From the NCBI GenBank assembly GCA_963743635.1, contig CAVUQO010000002.1:268110-332109 (forward strand): DNA of 64,000 nucleotides, in the 5' to 3' direction. This DNA is from Candidatus Babeliales bacterium. Its GTDB lineage: Bacteria > Babelota > Babeliae > Babelales > Vermiphilaceae. Position 1 is the first letter of the stretch. The number at the start of each line of letters is the position of its first letter. Shown here piece after piece: positions 28,338-36,998 of this stretch. Under the pieces are notes generated by a model. The model was given only the letters and a program-made list of their open reading frames with translations, was not told the DNA's origin and made no database searches. The translations under genes were made by a program, and so were the position numbers.

Positions 28338-29288
28338 ATGATGGATTTTATTACGGTATTAAAAAATGTTGCCTCTCCTTCCTGGATTGCGCAACACCAT
28401 GTCATCAAATGTACGGGTACCCAAGAGTATCCACTCCTCTTTTTCTCATTGTTGTTACAACAGCTTAAAAAACAGAGCAACCAACCCATGCACACGGTGC
28501 AAGAGGATGAAAGTTACTCCAGTCTTATCCATCGTTTCGAGTCATCATTTTTAGGAATGTCGAGTGTCTACTGGCTTGGCGATATACAACGTTATGACCA
28601 GTCAACGCGAGAAAAGCTGACCACCTACATCGAGTCCTATCAAGGGCCGAATGTGCTTATTATCTACATGGCGCCGCATGCTGAACGTTCCTCCTCAAAG
28701 AAGATGGTGACCGTAGAAATTCCCGCAATCGTTGATAAAAAACAAATTCAAGAACTATGCACGCTGTTTGGTAACGGGCGCGTGCGTACGGTGCCCGATC
28801 TTGGCGTCTACGAAAAGCAATTGACGCTCGATCGCGTATGCTTGCTCATTCAATATTTGAGTGTGGTGGGTAGCGGTGTGCGTGATTTCAATGAACAATG
28901 GCTCGGGCATGTCATCGTGCCGGAACTATCGCTCTTCACGTTGAGTCAATACTTCTTTGCACGTGATGGTATGCGCTTTTTCAAACAATGGGCAGTGCTC
29001 AAAGATCAATATGCCGCACCATTCTGGATCTCATTCTGGTCCGAACAAGTATGGCGCGCAACCCTCTTTATTGAACTTTCGCAACAACGTAATTTCGCCG
29101 AAGCAAAACGTATCAGCTTTAAGCTTCCGTTTTCATTCATTCAACGCGATTGGAAAAATGTTACTGCGCAAGAATTAAAACGCGCACACGACGTTCTCTA
29201 TCGTTGCGATCACGCCATCAAAAATGGCGGCGACGCTAATATGCTCGAACTCTTCTATACCGACTATTTACAGCGGTTATATCAGTAA
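28338..29288 (+). CDS. DNA polymerase III delta subunit-like protein (HolA-like)
   Basis: 316 aa. The layout resembles HolA: LSLFTLSQYFFARDG..., FWISFWSEQVWRA and the C-terminal LYRCDHAIKNGGDANMLELF (cf. the D..iK.G motif). The assignment rests on pattern only. Confidence 0.45.
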   Translation: MMDFITVLKNVASPSWIAQHHVIKCTGTQEYPLLFFSLLLQQLKKQSNQPMHTVQEDESYSSLIHRFESSFLGMSSVYWLGDIQRYDQSTREKLTTYIESYQGPNVLIIYMAPHAERSSSKKMVTVEIPAIVDKKQIQELCTLFGNGRVRTVPDLGVYEKQLTLDRVCLLIQYLSVVGSGVRDFNEQWLGHVIVPELSLFTLSQYFFARDGMRFFKQWAVLKDQYAAPFWISFWSEQVWRATLFIELSQQRNFAEAKRISFKLPFSFIQRDWKNVTAQELKRAHDVLYRCDHAIKNGGDANMLELFYTDYLQRLYQ

Positions 29289-29303
29289 TGGATTTTTAAA
29301 TTT

Positions 29304-29576
29304 TTACTTCTTCAGATCACGATAAAAATTTTCATGTGATCCCAAAGAAAGCAAGATCAATGTATCCTGATGTTCTTGCCATTCATACGCAAGTAACGTG
29401 AGCTGTTTAACCATACTGAATTTGTAGACTTGTACTCCATCGAGATCGCCTTTTTTTAAAGCTCCAACTGTAGGATTAGCCATAACCGTTGTTATCGCTA
29501 AATCGAGATCTTTTTTTTGATTGGTGTGTAGTTTTTTGACTTGCTTAGAAAAAGTTGAAGTTTGTAAGATTTTCAT
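29304..29576 (-). CDS. type II toxin-antitoxin system toxin, RelE/ParE superfamily
   Basis: 90 aa. MKILQTSTFSKQVKKL...VYKFSMVKQLTLLAYEW...ILLSLGSHENFY. It lies 2 nt downstream of a small antitoxin-like ORF. Confidence 0.7.
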   Translation of the reverse strand: MKILQTSTFSKQVKKLHTNQKKDLDLAITTVMANPTVGALKKGDLDGVQVYKFSMVKQLTLLAYEWQEHQDTLILLSLGSHENFYRDLKK

Positions 29577-29578
29577 AA

Positions 29579-29800
29579 CTAGTTCTCATCAAATTCATAG
29601 GCCTCAAGTTTGTCCGCAATTGCCTCTTGTTGGGCAATAAGAATATTTTTGATGAACTCATAGGTTAAATCAGGATTTTCTTCGGCCAATCTTCCGATTT
29701 TAGCCCAATGTTCTATCTGTCCGGCCAGAGAACGATTTAACGCCTTAGATATAATTTTTGCCTCTGAAATTATATCTTTTGATAATTTGACTGTTGCCAT
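29579..29800 (-). CDS. ParD-like antitoxin
   Basis: 73 aa. ...ALNRSLAGQIEHWAKIGRLAEENPDL... resembles ParD-like antitoxins. It is the upstream partner of the 29304-29576 toxin. Confidence 0.65.
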   Translation of the reverse strand: MATVKLSKDIISEAKIISKALNRSLAGQIEHWAKIGRLAEENPDLTYEFIKNILIAQQEAIADKLEAYEFDEN

Positions 29801-29843
29801 AGTGGTTTTTTCCTTTAAATTTAGATTTAAGAGCTTTATTAGA

Positions 29844-29872
29844 ATTATACGTTATTTTGACTCAAAATGCAA
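29844..29872 (-). promoter_or_regulatory. consensus sigma70 promoter of the TA operon with an embedded palindromic operator
   Basis: On the minus strand: TTGCAT (29872-29867), a 17-nt spacer and TATAAT (29849-29844). The spacer contains the perfect palindrome TTTTGA-C-TCAAAA (29855-29867). Confidence 0.6.
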
Positions 29873-29941
29873 CCATATGCGTAAAATAAAGTCCTTTTGA
29901 CCCGTTTTAAAGTGAAAGCGAGGGAAATTAAAATTGGTACG

Positions 29942-30043
29942 CACGACGTTCTCTATCGCTGCGATCACGCCATCAAAAATGGCGGCGACGCTAATATGCT
30001 CGAACTCTTCTATACCGACTATTTACAGCGGTTATATCAGTAA
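29942..30043 (+). repeat. direct repeat: second copy of the last 102 nt of the holA-like gene
   Basis: 29942-30043 matches 29187-29288 with one mismatch, including the TAA stop. Confidence 0.95.
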
Positions 30044-30088
30044 AAATAGGAATAATGAAATCTGTCAGCACGTTGCATAGGAATAGAG

Positions 30089-30976
30089 ATGTCTCCAAAA
30101 AAAATGCATGAACACGAGATTGATATTGATGTATCGCTTGTCAAAGAATTGGTGAATGCGCAATTCCCAGAATGGGGGCAATTACCGATTAAGCGAGTTG
30201 AATCAGCGGGAACCGATCATGTAATGTATCGTCTTGGTAATGATTTGTGTGTGCGATTGCCGCGTATCATTGAGGCGGATGCATGTATTGCAAGAGAGCA
30301 AGCATGGCTGCCCAAATTAGCACCTCTCTTATCACTTGCAGTTCCAGTACCTCTTGTATATGGAAAGCCGCAGGGTAATTACCCATGTCACTGGTCTGTG
30401 TATCGATGGATTGAGGGCGAGAATGCATTTCATGCACCAATAGATGATAATCCACAAGCTGCAATCGATCTCGCGCAATTCATACATGCCTTGCAATTAA
30501 TTGATACAGCAGGCGCCCCACATTCGCGTCGTGGTGTGCCACTTGCAACGCTTGATGGAGAAGTTCGTTCTGCAATGATGTCACTGCAGCATGTGATTGA
30601 TGCAAAGGCGGTCACTGCCGTATGGAATGAAAGCCTTGCAGCGCCTGAGTGGAATAAGCCTCCTGTGTGGAGTCATGGTGATCTGCTGCCAGGAAATGTG
30701 TTGGTGCGTAATGATCGAATCAATGCGATTCTTGATTTTAGTTCCGTTGGTATTGGCGATCCTGCATGTGATATGATTCCCGCATGGAGTATTTTTTCGG
30801 CTAAAACACGGGATATCTTTCGAGCTCATCTGAGCGTTGATGATGCGACGTGGATGCGTGGTCGCGGTTGGGCGCTGTCTATTGCAGTTATTGCACTTCC
30901 TTATTACCAGGACACTAATCCTGTACTTGTGGCAATTGCGCACCGTATGTTAAAAGAAATTTTAGGCGAACGTTAA
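30089..30976 (+). CDS. aminoglycoside phosphotransferase (APH) family kinase
   Basis: 295 aa. The catalytic loop HGDLLPGNVLV and the IDFSSVGIGDPACDM motif are typical of APH/choline-kinase-fold enzymes. Confidence 0.8.
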   Translation: MSPKKMHEHEIDIDVSLVKELVNAQFPEWGQLPIKRVESAGTDHVMYRLGNDLCVRLPRIIEADACIAREQAWLPKLAPLLSLAVPVPLVYGKPQGNYPCHWSVYRWIEGENAFHAPIDDNPQAAIDLAQFIHALQLIDTAGAPHSRRGVPLATLDGEVRSAMMSLQHVIDAKAVTAVWNESLAAPEWNKPPVWSHGDLLPGNVLVRNDRINAILDFSSVGIGDPACDMIPAWSIFSAKTRDIFRAHLSVDDATWMRGRGWALSIAVIALPYYQDTNPVLVAIAHRMLKEILGER

Positions 30977-31029
30977 AATTATATGCGTAGGCAAAATATG
31001 AAAAAAGTAAGCAAGAGAGGTATCTTATT

Positions 31030-31902
31030 ATGACATCGTCCTCAGGAATCATCGAAATTGATGGTTTTAAAATGCATTATACGATCGAAGGTTCGGGCAA
31101 ACCGGCGCTCGTAATTGGCAGTGCCATCTACTATCCACGCACCTTTTCACAAAATTTGCGCAATCATCTGCAACTCATTTTTATCGACCATCGTGGCTTT
31201 GCGGAATCGAATATTACTGATACCAAGAAGTTTGAGCTTGATCTTTTACTCGATGATGTTGAAAAGATTCGGCAACATCTGAATCTCGAGGACATCATCG
31301 TCATAGGCCATTCCGGCCATGGCTATATGGCGCTTGAATATGCCAAAAAATATCCACAGCATGTTTCGCACGTCGTGCTTATTGCAACCGGCCCTGATCA
31401 AAGTCCTGCAAGTATGCAAGCAGCTGAGCAGTATTTTAATGATACGGTAAATCCCGAGCAAAAAGCGTTCTTAGAGGACGATCTTAAGAAATTGCACGCT
31501 GATATTCAAGCTGATCCTGATCGCCGCTTTGTGCACTTTTGTGTGCGCCTTGGCGCTAAAAGTTGGTATGACTTTACCTACAATGCGTCTAAATTGTGGG
31601 AAGGGGTTACCACGAATATGGCAATGATCGATTATGTGTGGGGAGCCGTATTTCGCGATCTTGATATCACGAAAGGTCTTGAGAATTTTAATAAGCCGGT
31701 ATTTCTCGCGCTCGGACATTTTGATTTTCTCGTCGCACCATTCTATTTATGGAATCCAATCAGATCAAAATTTAAGAATCTCACGATTCGCCTCTTTGGC
31801 AAAAGTGGCCATACACCACAACTCGAGGAGCCGGCATTGTTTGATGCAGAACTGTTGAAGTGGCTTTCTGCAAATCAGGGCACAAGGAATTTCAATTTAT
31901 AG
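31030..31902 (+). CDS. alpha/beta hydrolase (proline iminopeptidase-like)
   Basis: 290 aa. Nucleophile elbow VIGHSGHGY and the C-terminal GHTPQLEEP motif. Confidence 0.75.
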   Translation: MTSSSGIIEIDGFKMHYTIEGSGKPALVIGSAIYYPRTFSQNLRNHLQLIFIDHRGFAESNITDTKKFELDLLLDDVEKIRQHLNLEDIIVIGHSGHGYMALEYAKKYPQHVSHVVLIATGPDQSPASMQAAEQYFNDTVNPEQKAFLEDDLKKLHADIQADPDRRFVHFCVRLGAKSWYDFTYNASKLWEGVTTNMAMIDYVWGAVFRDLDITKGLENFNKPVFLALGHFDFLVAPFYLWNPIRSKFKNLTIRLFGKSGHTPQLEEPALFDAELLKWLSANQGTRNFNL

Positions 31903-31949
31903 TGCCATAATTTGTTCTGCTGAAGTTTGCGAGCTTTCATTATTTATCC

Positions 31950-32918
31950 TTATGTAAGGTTTAATTTTTGCATTTTTTCTAATCGTGTGGGTTCTAATTT
32001 TATAAACCAATCGTTTTGCGAAAGATCTTGGTATGCAAGTCCTGCGAACTGTTTCGCAAATGCCAAATGAATTTCTGCCAATTCTTCATAAACCATGCCG
32101 CGTCCGACAGCGATTATCTCAGGCGGTAAGGCACTTTTTTTTGCTATTTCGTCATATTCAGCAAGAACGGCTTGCTGAATAGTCAACGCTTCATCGAGCC
32201 GTCCCAGCGAACGTAGTGCACGTCCAATGCCCCATTTGGCGCCTCTCACAACAATTACGTCGCCTCGCTCTTGCCCATATTTTTTACATTCTTCGAATGC
32301 AGAAAGCGCTTTATCATACTCCTCACCTTGGATGTAAGCCTGTGCCAAATTATTATAAAGGGCGCCCAGCCACGCCTGCGCACGCGTACCTTTTGATGCA
32401 CGCGCCAACTCAATTGCCTTTTCATTCCATTTGATTTTGTCCTCAGGACGTTTTTCAACTATCGCGATCATATGAGCAGCATTAGCGGTATGAAAGTCAA
32501 ATCCATGCTGTGCACTCAACTCATACGATTGCATGAAAAGCGGTAATGCTTTATCCACGTCGCCCGCTTGATGATATACACGCCCACGCTCAAGCAGTAT
32601 TCTCACGCGTGCAAGATCATACTCAGGCGCCAGTAATGCTTCCGCTGTGTCCAATGTTTCATGCGCCTCAACGAATTTTTGCTGCATGGCTTGAACCAGC
32701 GCAATTTGAGATAGGATCTGCAAATATATTGATTTATCTTCTAATGCTTGCGCTTCCGGGAGTAACGCAGAGAGATTCTTCTCTATGTCTGGACCACTGC
32801 CCGTAAAAAGCTCATCAAAGTTTTCCAATGAACTGACCTTTTTCTGTTGATTCATATAAAATCCAAAAGCTATGAGTAGAACGGTAAAAACTAACAAGAA
32901 TAGATATCTTAAAGACAC
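31950..32918 (-). CDS. tetratricopeptide repeat protein with an N-terminal TM anchor
   Basis: 322 aa. N-terminal helix LRYLFLLVFTVLLIAFGFY, followed by repeated A..Y.NLA.AY / G....A TPR-like units. Confidence 0.7.
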   Translation of the reverse strand: MSLRYLFLLVFTVLLIAFGFYMNQQKKVSSLENFDELFTGSGPDIEKNLSALLPEAQALEDKSIYLQILSQIALVQAMQQKFVEAHETLDTAEALLAPEYDLARVRILLERGRVYHQAGDVDKALPLFMQSYELSAQHGFDFHTANAAHMIAIVEKRPEDKIKWNEKAIELARASKGTRAQAWLGALYNNLAQAYIQGEEYDKALSAFEECKKYGQERGDVIVVRGAKWGIGRALRSLGRLDEALTIQQAVLAEYDEIAKKSALPPEIIAVGRGMVYEELAEIHLAFAKQFAGLAYQDLSQNDWFIKLEPTRLEKMQKLNLT

Positions 32919-33078
32919 GTCGTTTCCTTTATTGCGCTATGATTGGTATGATTTTACATAGTACTATTAATCTGCTCATTTTTAAATAAGTGCTATAAAC
33001 AATACTTTTGGCCGTAAAAAAAGAAAGCCTTTTTCAACCGAGGAAAAAGGCTTTCTCTGAGAAGTTAATGATCTTGAA

Positions 33079-33639
33079 TTATACAGATTTATTCGTATTA
33101 ATCTGTTCTAGTATAGGTGTGGTTTCTTTAGATTTAAGGAACCATTCAAGAGCACCGTTTTTAAGAGCAGGATTTCCTAAAGATTTTTGTGAGAACATTG
33201 GTTGTTGTACGTGGCGTGCAAGCATACGCGATGCTTTTTGAGCATGAAACAAAGATCTTGTTGCTAATGCCCCGGAGGCAACCGCAATACCTGCAGTAAT
33301 AGCAGCAGGTGCAGCCAAGGCATCTATATTACCACCACCTGAAATGATCATCCCGCTATCGAGTCCGACCATTAATGAGCCTGTCATTGTTAAAAAGGCA
33401 CCACCGGCGACGGCTGCAAGAGCTACAAATCGGTTGCCAATTTTGATATAACGCAATGTCTTTAAGGTGCCTTCAGGACGAGCTTCATAACGCATCGTGT
33501 GGCGTCCGTGAGTATCTTCGTAGTTATGCGTAACCTCGCCAACTGGTGGATTATCAAGAGGGTTGGCATGCAACAGCTCTGTAGGCAGTGCGCTGAAAGT
33601 CAAAAGGAAGGCGATTGTTTTAATGATATTTTTATTCAT
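33079..33639 (-). CDS. hypothetical secreted/membrane protein with a Gly/Ala-rich hydrophobic C-terminal half
   Basis: ATG 33639 gives the signal-like MNKNIIKTIAFLLTFSALPTELLHA. The C-terminal half has glycine-zipper-like stretches (AAVAGGAFLTMTGSLMVGLDSGMIISGGG). Confidence 0.5.
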   Translation of the reverse strand: MNKNIIKTIAFLLTFSALPTELLHANPLDNPPVGEVTHNYEDTHGRHTMRYEARPEGTLKTLRYIKIGNRFVALAAVAGGAFLTMTGSLMVGLDSGMIISGGGNIDALAAPAAITAGIAVASGALATRSLFHAQKASRMLARHVQQPMFSQKSLGNPALKNGALEWFLKSKETTPILEQINTNKSV

Positions 33640-33757
33640 AAATTGGTCTCTGATTGTTTTTTGATATGTTTTTTCATTGTTAAATAGTACCATAAATGAA
33701 CGTGAAAAAGAAATAGAGCTTGTAGGATAGAAGTCGCATTATATAGAAAGAACTACC

Positions 33758-34117
33758 ATGCATAAAATTTTATTATTACTCATAGCAACCAGCACATACG
33801 CATCATTGATGGGTATGGCACAACACAAACAAATCACTCCGGCATTACCTGCCAACAATGGGGCGGCGAGAATGGAAGATATTGAATTGACTCGTAACAC
33901 GGCCACTCAATCTACTACTTCGGATAATGCAAGAGGTTTTTGCGATAATTCCTGTGACCTCATGTGTTGCGGTGTCTGCGCAGCTTGCATGCTTTGCCCT
34001 ATTTTTAGTGCCGCAGTCGTATGGGATACCGCACACGTCATATCTGACTGCAAAGAAAAAAAGTGCTATCCGGAAACAAAAGAAGCCGCTAAATTATGCT
34101 ACTGCTTCTTGCATTGA
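33758..34117 (+). CDS. small Cys-rich protein with a signal peptide
   Basis: 119 aa. MHKILLLLIATSTYASLMG, then a cluster CDNSCDLMCCGVCAACMLC. The protein ends CYCFLH. Confidence 0.5.
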   Translation: MHKILLLLIATSTYASLMGMAQHKQITPALPANNGAARMEDIELTRNTATQSTTSDNARGFCDNSCDLMCCGVCAACMLCPIFSAAVVWDTAHVISDCKEKKCYPETKEAAKLCYCFLH

Positions 34118-34148
34118 GAGCGCCTGCGCTTTATCATAGATGTAAAAA

Positions 34149-34176
34149 AGCCGTTCTGCAGTAATACAGAACGGCT
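34149..34176. terminator. bidirectional stem-loop terminator between convergent genes
   Basis: GCCGTTCTG-(8-nt loop)-CAGAACGGC, flanked by A6 on the left (T6 for the minus-strand gene) and TTT on the right. Confidence 0.6.
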
Positions 34177-34221
34177 TTGTATATTGAGCTGTTTTTTCGT
34201 GGAGATTATGCTTGAGATGAC

Positions 34222-35109
34222 TTATTTCTGTTCAGCTTCATCAGCCCAACGTTCGAGATACTTTGCGCGGGTGATTAGTGGTGGATGTGGATTCCAATGA
34301 TCATGTTTGAATTTCATTAAAGAGCCAAGTGTCGATTTCGCTTGAGGAATACCGATTTCATTGGCAAGAACTTCTCCATCTTCTTGAAAATCCTGTATTT
34401 GGGTATTGTCCATCTTGCGGAAGAAGGTTGCGACGGCACGAGCCAGAACCGGTTTATCCCTCAATGCTGCATCAGCATCTCTTTCTAAACATTTGAGCAT
34501 GCCAAGTTTGATGGGTATGGCGAGTGTATACAGCGCAGCTGCCAGCGGAATACGCAAGAGCGATCGTGTTATTGATGGGGGGATGATAGATGCTTTTGCA
34601 GGAGATAATGCTTCTTTTACGCAATGCAGCCCGAACGGTAATGAGGCAGCAATTGCAGGAAAATAAGTGAGGTGATTTCTATCGATATGCCGTTTTTCGT
34701 GAAAAAGTGCACCAAGGAAAGCATCATCACTGAGACCGTCATATTTACTGGCAACCTCAATGGCGAGAGGGTTTATAATGATGGTGTTACGTGGTGCAGC
34801 CATCGCAAAGGGGAACTCTGGATGCTTCTTAATGGTCACTTCATCTAAATCATTGATTCCGTGCTGATGTGCTAATGCTAAAATATTTTCTCGATAGTTC
34901 GAGCAGATTGGCAGAGTTTCTTTTTCAATGATATCAATGATTTCCTCTCTTGCGACGATACTGTTGTAAGCAGGAAGTGCGACAATGGTACCCCAATAGC
35001 CGGCAGCTCCAATGTAGGAGGCCAGTTTTTTGAATGGAGTTGCCTGAATCGATCCCAGGGATCCGATACTGAGCGCAAGCGCTATGATTTTACCTATTCG
35101 TTTGTTCAT
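34222..35109 (-). CDS. M48-family-like zinc metallopeptidase with a signal peptide
   Basis: 295 aa. HExxH (FHEKRHIDRNH), a downstream LERDADA motif (cf. the M48 E..AD motif) and a C-terminal HPPLITRAKYL. It is a paralogue of 56135-57172. Confidence 0.6.
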   Translation of the reverse strand: MNKRIGKIIALALSIGSLGSIQATPFKKLASYIGAAGYWGTIVALPAYNSIVAREEIIDIIEKETLPICSNYRENILALAHQHGINDLDEVTIKKHPEFPFAMAAPRNTIIINPLAIEVASKYDGLSDDAFLGALFHEKRHIDRNHLTYFPAIAASLPFGLHCVKEALSPAKASIIPPSITRSLLRIPLAAALYTLAIPIKLGMLKCLERDADAALRDKPVLARAVATFFRKMDNTQIQDFQEDGEVLANEIGIPQAKSTLGSLMKFKHDHWNPHPPLITRAKYLERWADEAEQK

Positions 35110-35336
35110 AATGATCTTTCATTTTTAGCTATTGTTAATAATCTACTACTTAAAATATTATCAAATAGAAAACAGCTTGTAAAATGGTGTGTAGGTTTGG
35201 CCTAGCCGCCACATTGATTTTATATACAGAGTAGAACAGGTTCGAATATCGCTCCACCTCATCCCTGAAGAATCGTTTGAGATCATTGCATTGCATATGC
35301 TTGGATTTAATCCGTTAGAATCCTAATTCCTCTACA

Positions 35337-35388
35337 CCACCGGTGCAGAATCATCCACAAGTCGAATCTCAATGTGACCGATCGATGG
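35337..35388. repeat. copy a of a conserved ~45-nt element (core GAATCATCCACAAGYCKAATCTYAAT)
   Basis: CCACCGGTGCAGAATCATCCACAAGTCGAATCTCAATGTGACCGATCGATGG. It opens the ~210-nt conserved leader of RING gene 1. Confidence 0.8.
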
Positions 35389-35544
35389 CTACCGTTCCCA
35401 GATATTTCATAGCAAAATACTTTATCTTTTAGTGGCATTGTATTACCTGTATACATGCTTTTTGCACTCAAAACCCTTTTTATATTTGGGATATTAAGAT
35501 ATGCTAATGGGCGTTATGTTTTTTTGCAGTGAAGGTACCACATT

Positions 35545-36789
35545 ATGAATAAAAGAACTCAATTATTAAAGGTTATGATGTTCAATCTCCTTGTATGGAC
35601 TCAAATGCAGGGGATGGACGCAGGCTCTTCTTTTACTGAACCTGAACAATATATAAAAAATTTTAATGAACGATATTTTCCTCGTAGGACTGAAGAGGAA
35701 AAAGCGCTAGAAGCGCTCGCAGATGGAATAGACAATCCATATCGTTTTGGACCTATTGCCATTGATCGAATAACTGCACAAGATCTTGCTGATATAGAAG
35801 GTTTAAAAGAAGGTGAATCTCTCTTTCATATGGAATCCCGTATTAGAACGTATGTAGAAAAGCGAACGCTCATGGCAAAAGCGGGGCGACAACGATGGTA
35901 TGATAAGTTCATGGATTGGGATTGCAACGAACCAGACCGTGATGAGCATCTTATAAATTGTATTTTTGGAGCGGCTATTCGTAGAGAGGATGTTCCTCTT
36001 GCAAAAGATTTACTTAAGCATGGCACAAATCCCAATAAAGACATACAGCTGCGCTGTGGTTATCGAGGGCAGCCTATTTTTGAAGTTATGACAGTACCAA
36101 TGCTTGATTTATTGGTTTCTCATGGAGTCGATCTTGATAAGCCTAATAGATATTATGGACCTGGATATTATCCACCACCTGGATATGAAGTATCTCTCGT
36201 GCATCATGTAGTTGCATATAGGTCACCAGAAATTTTGGAGCGATTGCTTCAATGTCCAGGAGTTAACGTCAATGCCCGAAGGAACCCAGAAGCTAACTTC
36301 ACTGGTCCAACGAGAAACGATCTTCCAGCTTCATACAGGCTTCCACCTTCATACAGGAGTGATATTAAGGACACGCCATTGCATGTATGGGCTAAGCTGT
36401 CCCCTTTTAAGTCGAAGTTTCTGGGTATACAAAAGCAGTTAATGAGTTTAATACGCGCCGGTGCCGATGTGACCTTAAAAAATAGCGAAAATTACACAGC
36501 GCTTGATATTCTTCGCTCAAAGCTTGCAGATCCTTATGAATACGAGATGCAAATAGTAGTCCAACTCGTCGCCCAACTCGCTGCTTTAATGCCTCCACAG
36601 CCTCAAGCAGATATTGCAAGAAAGGCAGTAGTCGCCACAGAGGAATCAGCCTGCGTTATTTGCTTGGAAAATTTTCAACAATCTGATGATCGCACTACAT
36701 TACCATGCGCACATGTATTTCATACGGCGTGTGTAAATCCCTGGATTGCATCAAACAGCACATGCCCTACTTGTAGAACTGCGATATAG
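35545..36789 (+). CDS. ankyrin-repeat protein with a C-terminal RING-H2 finger (E3 ubiquitin-ligase-like), paralogue 1
   Basis: 414 aa. N-terminus MNKRTQLLKVMMFNLLVWTQMQG, ANK-like units (DTPLHVWAK...LIRAGADVTLKNSENYTALDILR) and the RING-H2 CVICLENFQQSDDRTTLPCAHVFHTACVNPWIASNSTCPTCR. Confidence 0.85.
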   Translation: MNKRTQLLKVMMFNLLVWTQMQGMDAGSSFTEPEQYIKNFNERYFPRRTEEEKALEALADGIDNPYRFGPIAIDRITAQDLADIEGLKEGESLFHMESRIRTYVEKRTLMAKAGRQRWYDKFMDWDCNEPDRDEHLINCIFGAAIRREDVPLAKDLLKHGTNPNKDIQLRCGYRGQPIFEVMTVPMLDLLVSHGVDLDKPNRYYGPGYYPPPGYEVSLVHHVVAYRSPEILERLLQCPGVNVNARRNPEANFTGPTRNDLPASYRLPPSYRSDIKDTPLHVWAKLSPFKSKFLGIQKQLMSLIRAGADVTLKNSENYTALDILRSKLADPYEYEMQIVVQLVAQLAALMPPQPQADIARKAVVATEESACVICLENFQQSDDRTTLPCAHVFHTACVNPWIASNSTCPTCRTAI

Positions 36790-36796
36790 ATCTATA

Positions 36797-36848
36797 CCGT
36801 CGGCGCGGAATCATCCACAAGTCTAATCTCAATGTGGTTGATCGATGG
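36797..36848. repeat. copy b of the conserved ~45-nt element
   Basis: CCGTCGGCGCGGAATCATCCACAAGTCTAATCTCAATGTGGTTGATCGATGG, starting 8 nt after the stop of RING gene 1. Confidence 0.85.
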
Positions 36849-36998
36849 ATATTGTTCTAATCTTCCATAGAAAAATACTTTATCTTTCAGCGATATAGTA
36901 CACCTGTATACATGCTTTTTGCACTCAAAACCTTTTTATATTTGGGATATTAAGATATACTCATGGGCGCTATATTTTTGCAGTGAAGGTACCACATT

